The notes under the pieces were generated by a model that was not told the origin of the DNA, made no database searches, and saw nothing but the letters and a program-made list of their open reading frames with translations. Shown in pieces: positions 1 through 33,604 of a stretch of 64,000 bases of DNA (position 1 is its first letter; each line of letters begins with the position of its first letter). Location: assembly GCA_040954595.2 (NCBI GenBank), contig CM082590.2, positions 7,812,001 through 7,876,000 on the forward strand. Direction: 5' to 3'. A program made the position numbers and the translations under genes. The DNA is from Balanoglossus misakiensis (taxonomy: Eukaryota > Animalia > Hemichordata).

Positions 1-480
1 GTAGCAACCAGTTGCTACAGTAATTCACCGAGTCTTGTGAGATCTCATTGTGAAAAGATGATTGTCCCCTCATTGCGAGATCTCGCGTGATTTGGTGAAA
101 CACTGTTGCACAAACTAAGCGTGTGTTCTAGTTTCATAGAAAGCTTGGCTTGTATATTTAGCTAGTTGCTACAGTAATTAACCAAGTCTCGCAAGATCTC
201 TCATTGTGAATAGATGACTTTCCCCTTATTGCGAGATCTCGCGAAACTTGGTGAAATACTGTAGCACAAACTATATGCGTGTGTTCGAGTTTCATACAAA
301 ACTTGACTTGTATACTGGCCTAGCAACCAGTTGCTACAGTAATTAACCAAGTCTTGCCAGATCTCTCTTTGTGAATAGATGATTTTCCCCTTATTGCGAG
401 ATCTCGGGAGACTTGGTTAATTACTTATAGCAACTGGTTGCTATAACCAAATATAAAGTCATGCTTTGTATGAAACTAGA
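1..480. repeat. Tandem repeat of ~160-bp internally palindromic units (3 copies, truncated at the window edge)
   Basis: GTTGCTACAGTAATT..CAAGTCT..AGATCTC recurs at ~11, ~165 and ~330. Each copy is followed by its reverse complement (GAGATCTCGC..ACTTGG..TGTAGC). Confidence 0.8.
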
Positions 481-1948
481 AAACTACATACTTTTAACAC
501 AATGGGCCATGCAGTCAAGATTTTTTAATTGAAGTTTAAGAGTATCACTCAAATCCACTGAAAGCAAAATCGGCTCACTAGATTAACCCTTTCACCACAA
601 TGGTTCAGTCCAAAACCATTGCTTTCTATGGTGAAGTTGGACCTCTAAAGAGGGAAAGAGGGGTGAAAGCTTAAGTACATGTATCATGGTTTATGACACG
701 TACATCCTGTCACTAACAACTACTCTTGACTTTCAACAATCCTTGAGGTTTTGTTTTCTGTGAAAAGACGTCCATGACCTTCACCAATGACAATGAGAAA
801 CAGCACTTAGAGTTTCGGACAAACAAGTCCAAGTTTGTACCAACTATGACTTCTAGTTCTACTTGTTCCAGCTTTTTATGTGATTCTTCACTGCCTACAT
901 ATCTTTTCTTTCTTTCTCAACAGTCCTAATTCTCTGACCAAACTATAGTTTTTTCAGTCAAAATTACTGTGATGTATGCAGTGTTTTCATGCTGATTCAA
1001 TTCACAGATAAGTTTAATCAACTGATGTCAGAATTGCATTTTAATTTACAATACCCAACATCTTCTTGGACTCATTGTTAGAATTTTTTTAAATATATGT
1101 ATTATCGTCTCACACGGATTTCCTTGTACTGTGTTGTGTTCGACTTTTGGGTTTCACCTATTTCTAACCAACATTAATTAGCAAGTGAAAGAAACCTACC
1201 AAACTGGTTTCCGTGGAAACTTGATAAAAAGGAGTCTTACTTTACTCGTCACTGTTTTCTTCTCTCTTTAGTTCCTGTTTGTCGACAAAGAATCCTCTCA
1301 AGTTTAACCCCCTCTGAGAGAATCCGTTTTATTCACTATTTGACGAAGGCTAACTTAGAAGGCTGCCATTTTGTTTCTTATTTAATCCTGCCATTCAATG
1401 TCATAGTCACCTTGTCGTCATCCTTCAAAAAATAACTTTTCTTAATTTTTGTCTCAAATTTTGATTAAGAACTGAAGACAATAGAATATTACGTACATTT
1501 GGTCTAAAACTAAGGGGGAAAGATCGAGAAAAATGTGTGAAAATGTGACTTTTTTTTCTCTGCGACCAAGGTACACGTCGGTAACCGAACCAGGCCCGAT
1601 CGTTTACAGTATAAACAAGAAAGTTAACCAGCCTTACAGAGCTTCCGCGCGGCCCGCGACATCAATCCCCCGCATTCTCTAATTCTCATTAAAAGTTTTT
1701 TGAAAGAAAACATTCTTTTCAGCCCCGGGCAGGAAATTCCCAGTTAAAACCCGAGGATCATTACGACTTGCATCACAGGATCTGGACGGGTTCCGTGCGG
1801 TTCCCCGAGCAGGTCAAATAGCACCCCTAACTAATGTGATATTCTCTCTACGACCAATAAAACATTTGAAGGGGGGTGTAATGTAGAGTTTTACAGAAGG
1901 AAACATACATATTCATGAGTGAACTTCATGTGCCTCGACAAGCTGTAA

Positions 1949-2159
1949 TACTGTAAAACACTTTATTTCCGCGAGCAATAAATTTTCGCAAAATACGCGA
2001 GAGCCAAAATAGCGTGAAAATAAAAAGTCACGTAATTTTTTTTAAAGATTAAGATGCAGTGAATGAAATAAGAGAATGGGAATATTAATACTTGCGAAAC
2101 AGTGGCCTCTCTCGATATCGCGAAATTATCAACTCGCAAAAATAAAGTGTTTTATAGTA
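1949..2159. mobile_element. MITE family A (~200 bp, TA target duplication, Tc1/mariner-like)
   Basis: TIR CTGTAAAACACTTTATTT...AAATAAAGTGTTTTA(C/T)AG flanked by TA. Seven copies in the window. Confidence 0.85.
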
Positions 2160-2211
2160 GTTCCTGTTAGAAAAAACATACCTACATCACAGGCGATCAC
2201 ATCCTCATTCA

Positions 2212-21999
<19,788 letters not shown>

Positions 22000-23629
22000 A
22001 GTTTCAGCTGCGTTGGGTCAAAGTTCACATGAATATCAATGACTCTGGATTTCTCAGACCCTGTGAATAGAAAATAAAATTTTAAAAAAAAGTTATTAAA
22101 AATAATGCTGATACTGCTTTTAATTCTCTCTATATATGTACATAATGTAGACTTCTGAATACAAGGATTTTGAATCCAGTATCATAAATATGTCCTATTT
22201 GCCATTTTTATAAGAAAGGTCTTGTCCAGTGAAGTTCTAGAGTCAATGAAATAGTGTTATCTCAGTGATTTTGCTAGTCTGGGGAACATTGTTATATGAT
22301 TTGTGGACTGAAGTATCATTTCTGCTACCAGGGGTATAAAAACCGTATCTGATTTATAACCTTATAACCCCTCTCAACACTAATTTTTTGGTTTCACCCC
22401 ACAATTTCTCTATGGTCCGGAAGAATCCAAACACAGGCAGCTGGGTTCTTTTCAGGGGGCCAAACATCTTTGGAGATGGACACTGTCCACTTCTAATGGA
22501 AGTTACATGTACACAGGACAACATCTCCAATCCAAAAACTCGAAGGGCACTGTTTACTCAGAAACAGCTTGACGCAAAATGAAACCAGCGCTAATACTTG
22601 CAAATTGCAATCAAACTGCAATTATCATGACAAAAAAACTATTGACAGAACATAGTGGACAGTTACTTTCAAAAGTCCACTGCCCCTATAGATCTACAAC
22701 AGGTGCTTTTGAATGCCAGTGCCAACATCTTTCAAAAGGTGACAAAAAAAACGCTTGAGATCCGTAATCCCTGTAATAATGTGGAGTATGTTGTGACCAA
22801 TCTGTTAAAAAAACAAAACTACAAAGCAACTACCAACAGACAACAAACTCCATTTCAATTATAAAGGGCTTAATCAGAAATAAACTGTGGGTGGGTCAGG
22901 TTGTTTTTCATATTCCTTGGCGTCTCATGAACAAGATATGAATCCCCCCCTTACAAATCTAATATTTTAACCATTCACCAAACCCCATCCCGTATTTCGT
23001 CTGTAAAGGTCCATCTTTACCATAGAAAACAAAAGATCTGGGTAAAACCATGGTGTTGAAAGAGATACTCAGATACACAACACTATGAGCTCTTGCTACA
23101 AGCCAATCGCAGTGATTCCACCCAACACCCCTCCCCCTCCCCCCCGCACCATGAACTGGTCTGGCCCTCGCAGTCAACAGGAGTTCACTGAACACACCCC
23201 AGACAGTGCGACCTTTGACCTGTGTGTGCGGAGACAGACAAGTCCCCTTTGAGGTTCCAAAACCAGCATTCCTGACTGTGTTACGGAACGTGAAGACAGA
23301 CACATCTCAGCGGACTACGACTTCCTCTGCACTGGCCATTAAGCGACCGACACCAACACTGAGCTCAGTTTGCTCATCTGCTCATCTTTGCCGATACAGT
23401 TACGTTTAATCTGGTGTCTTGAAGTTGCACACACGAAGCCTTGAAACATCCAGTAAAGACAAAACTTATCGAAGCTATTGGACTTTTCATTTACTTCTTT
23501 CAAAAGCATCACAACACATGATAGACAAAAACAATTAAAACTGAATTATTGGACTTCTCATGTATGGACAAATAAACTATGGAAACCCTGCCAACCAATA
23601 CAGGTTATATCGAAGTTACATGGAAATGT

Positions 23630-24035
23630 GATAAAAAGTAACAACGTGTGGTTAGCCATCATGTAAAGTGTAATACAAAGTAACAAACACGTTGTTTGCA
23701 ATGATGTACACTGTAACAGCTATACTACAGTGTAATACAAAGTAGCAACCACATCTTTCGAATGATGTACATTGTAGCAGATACACTACAGTGAAATACA
23801 AAGTAACAATCACATTCTTTGCAATGATATACAATGTAACAGTTACACTACAGTGTAATACAAAGTAACAACCACGTTGTTTGCAATGATGTACATTGTA
23901 GCAGTTACACTACAGTGTAATACAAAGTAACAACCACGTTGTTTGCAATGATGTACATTGTAGCAGTTACACTACAGTGTAATACAAAGTAGCAACCACA
24001 TCTTTCAAATGATGTACATTGTAGCAGTTACACTA
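23630..24035. repeat. 62-bp minisatellite, ~6 copies; dispersed family
   Basis: Unit TAATACAAAGTAACAACCACGTTGTTTGCAATGATGTACATTGTAGCAGTTACACTACAGTG. Shorter arrays at 8980-9100 and, inverted, at 5670-5835 and 8270-8350. Confidence 0.9.
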
Positions 24036-27000
24036 TGCGTCTACCAGTCACTCACTGTGTTGTATGGGACCCATACCGACAGCCACAGGCGGGACACCGC
24101 CCACCCTTTAAACAGAGGGAAAATAAACCATTAACTATAAACTGTAAGTAACACAAATAATCAAACCACTTACTTGTAAACAAATCAGTATCAATTACAA
24201 ATTGTTCTTTCAAAGACAGAACTGGGAAGATGAGTGATTCTTTTTTCCTGACGTTTGGAACCCGGGAACTAATTCAAAATTATTCTTTTGGTTTCCAATT
24301 TTACTGGCTGGTTCAGTCATACAAGTAGGCATAGAATGCAGACATTTTTAATTTGGTAAAGTTGATGCGCATCATACAAACATCGAGAATTGTTATTATC
24401 TCATAAGAATGTTCAAATTAATATTTATTTCTGTCTATTTCTTTATTTTCAAGAAAAATGAAACTTGGCCCTGTTACAAGCACAAGTTTCCTACAGTTGA
24501 TACTGAAACCTTCAAATCGTTAGCAACAGTTAGTTTAGGATTATTATTAAGATTGATGAAAACACAAAATATTATTGGTTTCATTCAAAAGAATAGAAGA
24601 TGGGGAACCTTACGAATTGGACAAAAACTTGTCAAAAAAGCATGATCTAGCAAACACACAGAACGGTAAATTTTCAGACATAAAGCAGTGACATTTAGAA
24701 TCTTGCCTGGAAGAGCAAACAATGTCATCTTAGATCAGCAGGCAGTATTTTCTCCAGGGTAATTACAGGGGAAACAATAGAAACTCATTATCATAACAAT
24801 TAATTGTATTGTCATTTGAAGTAATACTGTATCAGAAATTGGTGGGGAGTATCAGTACATTGGCTAATGTGTTGCATAATTAACTGTGTGGGGTTAGTAT
24901 GGGGGCAAACAGTCTCTGCTTCAATGTGTAAAAGTATAATTAAACCATTTCATTTAAACACAAAAAAGTCAGGCCCATTCACAACATACAGTAAACATGT
25001 CTTAAACCGAACCCTGTCTAATCTGGAAACCTGTTTATATCAAACACATTTTCTTTACTTTCACATACAACCAAACGTTAAAAGAATTTCTATACACTGG
25101 ACGTGTCTGCAAAATGAACAATTTCTTCAGTCCCTTGAGTAATGAGTTCAGTTTTTTTTTACAGTTTTAGTGTGAGTAGGTTTACACTCCCACAAAAAGC
25201 TAGTTTTATATCAAACTATACTTTCCCGTAAATGTAAAATAAAACTAGAAATCGCTGAGTTTTCTGTGTGCCAAACATAGGACATGCTGAGTTTGTGAGT
25301 GACATCACACCAATTCGATACGAGACGTTGCAAGAAATCTACTTTGTTATTCACAATTCCGGCAAACTTGATCCGTGCCTTCAACAATGACTGCCGAGAG
25401 ATAACAGACAATCACAAAGGGCACAAGGATGAATCCCCTCTTTTGTTGGGAAAGAACTTTGTGATGCAAATTCCGGGAATGTCGTAATAATCCCCCCTTT
25501 CCTGCTTTGTGTCACCAACACGGAATGCAGCAAGAAATCGCGAGATAGTTCCACAACGCAACAAAAAGCGAAACAATGTAATAAAATGTAACAAATGCAA
25601 CGAAACTGACAAATTTAAACAAAAGCAGGTTTCAATAACTTTGCTACAATGTAGCAAACTGATACAATAGTTCCTCAACACATAAAATGAATCTTGAAAC
25701 AATGTGACAAAATGTGACAAATTCAATGAAATGCAACACATTTAAAAACAAAAGCTGGTTGTCAAAAGATTCAACAACTATGCTACACAATGTAGCCAAC
25801 TAATACAATGTGTTTGAGTAGGAGTCTACCACTATTAGTGTTTAACTGTACGTTGTCATCCATAGTGATCTCAAGAAAGAAAATTTGCATCGTACTGTCT
25901 AATTACGCAACACCTTACTGCACGTGCACCCAAATCCAGAAACATTTTGAACCGTTTCCCATATTTGAAAAGGCATCTAAATCAACACTTCATGGCATGG
26001 CATGAAAATAAAGAATCAACGCTAATCAGAAGCTGTACAATTTTCAAGCATTTCACACACCTGTAACACTTGACTTGTACGTCCATGCGAAAATTTACAA
26101 CTGATAACCACTTGATAGAATTATCCCACTTCAATTAAAAGAAACAGTTGCCCATTTTTTTCAGAAATTTTGTTCTGTTGATCAGCAATAATTTCTCACT
26201 GTGCTACCGTATATAAAGAAAACTGAAACACATAATTTCGGTTTCTAGCATACTGTGTGTGCATGTAAAAACAGTAAATGTATACAGATTACATTGGTTT
26301 AACTCGACTGTTCTGTTGATGTTGTTTTTCAGTAGTATTCAAGTACAGAATACAATATTTTTGTAAACAACAACAAACCTAAAAGTGTACTTTGCAACCA
26401 TTTTTCTAACAAACCCAACAATAACAAACTTTTCAAAATGCAATAGTGGATGATGATGTCATGAATCAGACTAAGACTACTGGTTGTTTTCTCGTGCTTG
26501 TAGTCAAGGAAACACTGCACCTGTTTGCTACAAAACACTCACCACATTCGCTCCACTGGTTTATGCATCGGTGCAATGACCAAGTTGTATAACAAACCCT
26601 TTCAAACTCTTTCAACCATTTCACGACAAACCTCTGACAGGCCTATAGGCATTCTACACACACTCGAGTTCGAGACACCCGACATTTTTCCCGTCCACCG
26701 TTTCAAAAGACTCCAATTTCACCGAGAAATTTAAATCCACGATGATCCCGACTGGGCTAGTCTTACAAATCCCGGTCGCACAAAACAGTTGTTATTCGCG
26801 CGGTCGTCTACAATTTCCGAGTGGAAGGGCACCATTGAAAACTTGCCAGCCATGTTGTGTCATATAATCAGCTTAGGGGAAACGCGCAAACACACAAATT
26901 GGTCGGGTTACCACTCGAAAAACAAATACACAAATATTTCAATCATTTTGATACTGTTACTTCCTGTACTCTCAATCGTAAATATTTGAATCGGGGTTCG

Positions 27001-27092
27001 CGCAACTATGCGCGGGTATGTACACGACTGGTAGGTTTTAGCACCCTTGTGTTGAGACCAGTGTTCCCTCTAAGCCCATACGACGCGCCACT

Positions 27093-27377
27093 GTGACTCA
27101 ACAAACTCACTGGCGACTCAAGAAAATCCTGACTCAACAAACTCACTGGTGACTCAAGAAAACCCTGACTCAACAAACTCACTGGTGACTCAAGAAAACC
27201 CTGTCTCAACAAACTCACTGGTGACTCAAGAAAACCCTGACTCAACAAACTCACTGGTGACTCAAGAAAACCCTGTCTCAACAAACTCACTGGCGACTCA
27301 AGAAAACCCTGTCTCAACAAACTCACTGGTGACTCAAGAAAACCCTGTCTTAACAAACTCACTGGTGACTCAAGAAA
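27093..27377. repeat. 39-bp minisatellite, ~7 copies
   Basis: Unit CTCAACAAACTCACTGGTGACTCAAGAAAACCCTG(A/T). It explains the repetitive ORFs at 27006-27439. Confidence 0.95.
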
Positions 27378-29623
27378 ATTATTCACAATACATGAAAACG
27401 TATAGGGCTGACTCAGAGAAATTTTTAGAAATCGTCTAATTGACTCAAAACTTTTTAAGTTATGTTTGTTTTAGGGCACACTGTTTGAGTCCAGACCCGT
27501 GTAACTTCAATACCCTGAGTGCGGGGTCTGTCTTCGCGAGTGAAAACAATGGGTGATTCGAGCTATGGTAGTTGACGGGAGTTTGTCAAGAGCGAATTCC
27601 TGGTGACAATGAAGAAGCCATGACTGGCCAGCCACTCCTTCACTCGCACCCAAGTGCAACTTCCGTCATCGACAAAACGGCAACAGAAATCAACATCGTC
27701 ATTGGAGGAGGCCGAGGGGTCACATGACAGTTTCCAGCAGTAAATTATCTTGTACAAAACAGTTGCCACTGGTTACAGCAGTACAGATATAGGTTCATAA
27801 TAATGGTATCTGTTTAGTTTAACACTTCTTGGAATGTTTCCATGAGTCCAGAAAAGTATACTTTCAACTAGGTCAGGGCTAGAGATCATGTTTTTCCCCA
27901 GGACGTCCTTTGGTAAATTTCCAAAAGTTTTGCTGTTGTGTCTATATTACAGGCTATTTTCACACATTGTATCTTTCAGCTTTTCAAACACAGTCACACG
28001 ATATAGTGTTCAGAACTTCTGATAAAGAATATTAAACACCCTCGCTAACATTCTCAGTGTCTGGTCTGTTGTTTCTCTACTCTCATGTTCAAAATCCCAG
28101 TGCAGGACTTCCAACTATAGCTTTCAAAGGTTTGGCTTGCACTGGTATTAGTTGGATATATATTAAAGTACAGAACTGCTTTTGCATTTATTCCTCTCCT
28201 AAACATTTCTTCAAAACAACACACTTTGCTTTAACCCTTTCTCCCCCATTTCCCTCAGTAATGGTCTATCTTATACCCTATAAAACAATGGATTAATCTG
28301 TAGTAGCGGTGAAAGGGTTAAACATACTTATACTGATTGACCAATAGAACGCCACTTTTCATTTTACGTCTATTTTCATTTCCTACACTTCACAGCCATC
28401 ACATCCATATCAAGTCAACTGATTGGTCACTCTATGTGCTCTATGCCAAGTTCAGGAAGAGGAGGCCTTCCATGCCAATCACAGGCCTGCGTTGAAATTT
28501 GAAACCACGCTCTAAGATTAGATAGAAGGACATTCGCTCAATCAAGTCCATGTAATACGACACTCTCTCTCTACTGGAGGCACCAGATAACCATCAATGG
28601 AAAACAGTTCCGGCATGCAGGAATGGAACTGACTATCATCGTTCAAATTGTCGTCCAATATTAAAGTCCCATGAGCTGCCAATGCTTGCATGTTTGTTTT
28701 TCTACGGGTAAATACTTCAAACTTCTCCCTCTCATTTAAAATCATTACCTGTATTTGCATTAATTTGTCATCTCTTGGCAATGCATACCACAATAAATAC
28801 TCTTGCGATGGATGTCGATTAAACGGGTGTGGCACCCGTATATACCTTCTTCAAATTACAACATACAGCCACAATCAGACATTAATAAGATACATACATA
28901 CCTATCTCACTTAGCTTATTTAGATGGGCCAATCTAAGTTTGAAAGTAAAATCAGGAAAACAATGCAAAAATTGGGCTTTAAAAGCTGAACACCAGTTTA
29001 TCTAAAAAAAAAAGGGCTCTTTTTTTAAGTTATTTTGTCCACAGACTGTAGTGTCTTACACTTCGTAAAATAAACTGAGGTACCCTTGTGTGATACAAAA
29101 ACTTGGATCGATATGGCCACACTGGTTGAGACAATGTTTCAAGTGTTTGAGACAATGTACCTAAATACGCAGTCTAGTCAGGTCAATAATTTTATTGTTG
29201 TATGGGAAAGTGCAACGTTTTGTCATCATGTATCAAACTTTCATAACCTGATACACCATAAATACACGACTTTTCATACAAAAGCATGATGTGGAAAAAA
29301 GTATGCGAAATTTGCAGCTAAGGGGGCTTAAGGACATCTGCATTTAGTATAATTGGTAAGAAATACCATAAACTAACCAAAAGTAGAGCTATGGAACTTG
29401 AATATGGACCAGAACCTAAATGGAGATCAGCCCTGACAGTTTTGAAAATCTTGAGTTTAAACAGATGCCATGGCTTTGACATACTTGAGCGTCGTTAATA
29501 CTGTTAATTAGCAGACAGTAATTATGGACAGCAAATCTGATGGGCTTAATTAGTCCTAATTGCTGTTAATCTAGATAATTAGCCAATGATTTAAGACACT
29601 GGATATGCAAAGGATAAAAATGA

Positions 29624-29819
29624 TACTGTAAAACACTTTATTTTCGCAAGTTAAAATTTTCGCGATATCGAGAGAGGCCACTGTTTCGCGAGTATTTATT
29701 TCGCGTTCTCTTATTTCATTCACTGCATCGTGTATCTTAAAAAAAAAATCACGCGACTTTATGGCTCTCGCGTATTTCACGAAAATTTATTGCTCACGAA
29801 AATAAAGTGTTTTACAGTA
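29624..29819. mobile_element. MITE family A (opposite orientation)
   Basis: Same TIRs, TA flanks. Confidence 0.85.
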
Positions 29820-32555
29820 TATGGTAATGGACTAAAATTATAGGCCAATGAGTGGACTTGCTATTTGCATAATTATTCATATATTCAGACCCAGAATTCA
29901 CTGTAATTTGCCTCTCTTTGATTATTTGATTACAAGTACATTTCCCAACCGAACTTAAAGTTATTTTTCTCCAACTTATAAGGGGAATGTAATTTGTGTG
30001 TTTTCAAGATTCTTTGTAATGGATTTTGATAGTCTTCTTGCCAATTAATGAGAAGAACTATCAAATTCTTCAACTATGTTCCCTATCCTCTAAAATCTAT
30101 CCCTCTCTCTCATCCATGACCCTGGCCCCCAAGCACACAAAGTCAGACTGATTAAAGAAATCCCACTTTATATGGAGAGAAATTATCATTGAACTAGGAA
30201 CTGCATATGGCTCACAGTTATCATTAAAACAACTAAATATTATTATTAAAGAAAAATGATCAAACAAATGAAAACCTAGGTAAAAAATAACTTAATTTCA
30301 ATTTAGATTCCGATTTTTCTAGAGGCAGCCAGGGTTGTGAAAACAAACCACTCCATTTCAACTTTGATATTTAAACAAATATATGCCTGCAAAGAGTTTT
30401 AAATAGATTTTCAAAAAATAAATCTGTAGCGGGCAAAATACTGTGAGCGGGCCAGTAAGAGTGTGTATTTATTTTTACAGACATATAAATTCACTTTCCG
30501 ATTTGTTACTAGGTTAAGTGTGGTTCAAGACACAATTGAAATCTGTAGAAGAAAAGCCAAATTCATTTCCAGCTATAGTCTATTAGTATTACTGCATTGA
30601 AAATACTTCACAATTTGACACAAAGACAGAGTTATTTCCCATTTATTGGACTAACTCTAGGTTTTGTTTTCAATGAGTTTGGGAACAGGCTTGTAACAAC
30701 ATTATAAGTAAATTTAAAAGTAGCCAAAGTCAGTGTGCAAATTTAGTCAAGCCCTCTATTATATTTGCCCATTGCCTCCACATGGTATGTCAACAATCAG
30801 GGTGCACAATGCAAATACATAGCACTTCAAAATCGGTGGACTTCATTGGGCGTGTTGTTGTTCTGTGGAAGGGTGGAATGGTTTTAAAAGTGTGCCTGAT
30901 TGAGCCTGGGAAGTTATGAGACAGGCAAGTGGTGTGTCGGGAGTCTTTGATGAGGACTGGAAATTCATAAGCTGCCAGTGTTGGCATATGTTGGGTTATT
31001 GGCGGGGCAGATTAGCACGGTTTACTGTAAACTGAGCTGGGGGGAAGCCATAGCGATTGCCCCCGTTGAGCGAGCGCTCGTGGTCGGCTAGACTGGCTGC
31101 AGTTGTCTTTTGTGAAACTTTGAAAGACAAAACTGTACATACACAATGACGTGGAAAGGTTACACTCTGGCGAGCTAAGGTGGGAAAGAAGAAATCCTAG
31201 TGAAGTTTGAACAAATAGGGGCCCCCCTTCCCTTTCACACCTTGTTAACGCTAAAAAAAGCCCTAGATAAACTGTTTCCTTTTGACTTTTATTCGATGCA
31301 GGCGTGCCCAGTTCAAGAACAAAAATTACAAACGATTAAAGCAATTTTCTACCCTCATTCTAACCACCTAAAGAGGGCACTGAAATTGACGTTGACCAGA
31401 CAATATCTGGACTTCTTTAGAAATTAGAGTATTTTGAAATGGACAAGAAATGTTACATGTTTAACAAATGAATGAAAAGTTAACAGCCTTGCCTCAAATC
31501 AAAGTAAACCAGTCTTATACCAGAGAAAATGGGACATTCTTATGTATTCTGGGGGAGGGGGGCCAACTCTTTTTCAACTGGCGAGCAAGACTCATCATTA
31601 CTTCTGAAGCAGACGATATATATTTTCATAAAATAACAAACAGTGGCCTTGTATCCAGGAGAGACTGAAAAAATACGAACCGGTTTTCATTGTAACACTA
31701 GCCTCGTCAGTGAAAAAAAATCACAAAAGAGACTTTTCACATGAAATATAACAACCCAGCCAAGCGAGTGAGAGTCACAAAATTAACAGGGCTAGGAAAA
31801 ATGCGGTTTACTTTACATACAAGATCGTTTTTCTGTATCACAACATTGGACTGATCGGGTTATGACATTCTCTGGTATTTTTCTTGGCTTCATTTGAGAG
31901 TAGGCATCTAATGTTCCCGCTAACGAGGTCAAAGGCTGGTGGTTTTTACGCAAAACAAGTCTGTCAAAATATGACCCCAGTCCCCAGCAAGAAACTTGTC
32001 ACTAGTCAGTCGCAACTCTAGTCCCCCTTTTTAGTTTTTACAACTTTTTTGCGGTCTGCTAATAAAATACACGTAACTTGGTAAACCATACACACTACAC
32101 ACCCTCACAGTCTCGGAAACACACTACTTTACTGCCAATTGGCCTATAAAAAGCCAGCCAGAAAATAAACAAACCATCGATGATGTGAAAAACTGTGATC
32201 AAACAATCCACCTTCTTGTGTGAAGATGCAGTGAAGATATACTCCTTGATTTTCCATAAAAGACTTGCCAAGAAAAACAATTCTTTTCATGTCTAGTTTA
32301 CCCCTCCGCCTTCCTGCATTGAGGACCTGTGAATCTGGTGCATTGACACTAACAATTAAAGCTGTGAAGATCATCTGGCCGACTTCCTGTGATTAAAATT
32401 TTAAGGATTGTGATGGACTTCCGAGGAACCGTGGGTTCCTTTCACGGGTCTCTTGCGTTGAGCAACGCGGAACGAAAAAACTGACCCCGCTGGATACTTT
32501 GCCCACTGGACCATCAAAATTAAAGAAAACACTGACTGAATTTGTGTAAACTTAC

Positions 32556-32950
32556 CGCTTCTAGAGGACGCTTCAGAAACCCCCAGTTCTTGACTTTTCC
32601 AAATATGTCGCGGAGAACACGAAGAACATCAGGAGAGTTGAGAAATCCACAGAAAATGGAAATGTCATTTTTACACCCTTTTTTGGTCAAACTTGCAGAC
32701 AGGGATGCTTAGTTCACTTACTGTAGAAGATGGGGGAAAACTTATGAATAATTCAAAAATTCACGAGCTGCAAATTGTCCGGGTTAGTAGTATGATCCTA
32801 GGAGCATGTCAAAATCGAGGGTCGGGTGGGAAGATTTTCCAAGATCAATGAAAAAACAGAGCTGAACAGTGACTGCTTGAGAAAGATGGCCGCTTGTCGT
32901 CCCGTCACTGCCTCCGTCCCAAAGAGGAATCTATCTCCCTCCTGCAGTCT
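32556..32950 (-). other. Putative non-coding first exon / promoter region of Gli
   Basis: The ATG-containing exon has its own acceptor (AG at 22062-22061), so an upstream 5'UTR exon is implied. A strong donor GCG|GTAAGT lies at 32556/32555 within a CpG-richer stretch. The upstream boundary is a guess. Confidence 0.35.
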
Positions 32951-33558
32951 CTCGCAAAACAATCACAATATCTGCAGCCCTGGACAATAAAATCCCGCCG
33001 GGAACATCACAAAAATATCCTGGCTTGACGCAGATGAGATCTGGGGATCCAAAGTTTGCACGGTCGCCGCGGTTTTAAAACACTGTTCAAACTCAAGTGA
33101 ACGTGGAACTCATCCCAAAGTTATTCACTCAGCGTGTGTGTAAAAATGCGGCACATACCATTATGAAAAGAGGGGTGACATTACCCTGACCGCGCTATTT
33201 CTCTGGTGAAATTTGAGACCAGATTATCCTGAAAATCTCCACTCATAACCATTCAAACACTTATAATCGCATGTAAACGACTTATTGGTACAGTTTTTGC
33301 GGAATTAAAGGCAATTGAGTGAGTACAAGTACACGCTTTGAGATTTTCACATTCAAAGATTCTCAAAAGTTATTCTGATAGCGTGAGAACACAGCTCATT
33401 GCATTATTTACAGCACAGTTCATCTCTTGTGATCATAAATCCGTCTTGAGTATTTCGAGGTCACTTTCTCTCCTATTTTATTGAAGAATAAAACGCACAA
33501 TTTGCTGCTTGACACTACAATAAAATGTCATTCAGAAGCCGCCGCCTGTGCTGAATGT

Positions 33559-33576
33559 GACTCTAGATGGCGCACT
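33559..33576 (+). promoter_or_regulatory. CTCF-like motif at the left edge of the satellite
   Basis: GACTCTAGATGGCGCACT matches the core of the bilaterian CTCF consensus (CCASYAGRKGGCRS). Motif match only. Confidence 0.5.
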
Positions 33577-33604
33577 TCAATCGGAGTTTCAAGCATGGTT
33601 ATAT

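Noticed and set aside
27006-27439. Repetitive ORFs (FLESPVSLLRQG / TQENPDSTNSLV)
   Set aside because: They are translations of the 39-bp minisatellite.
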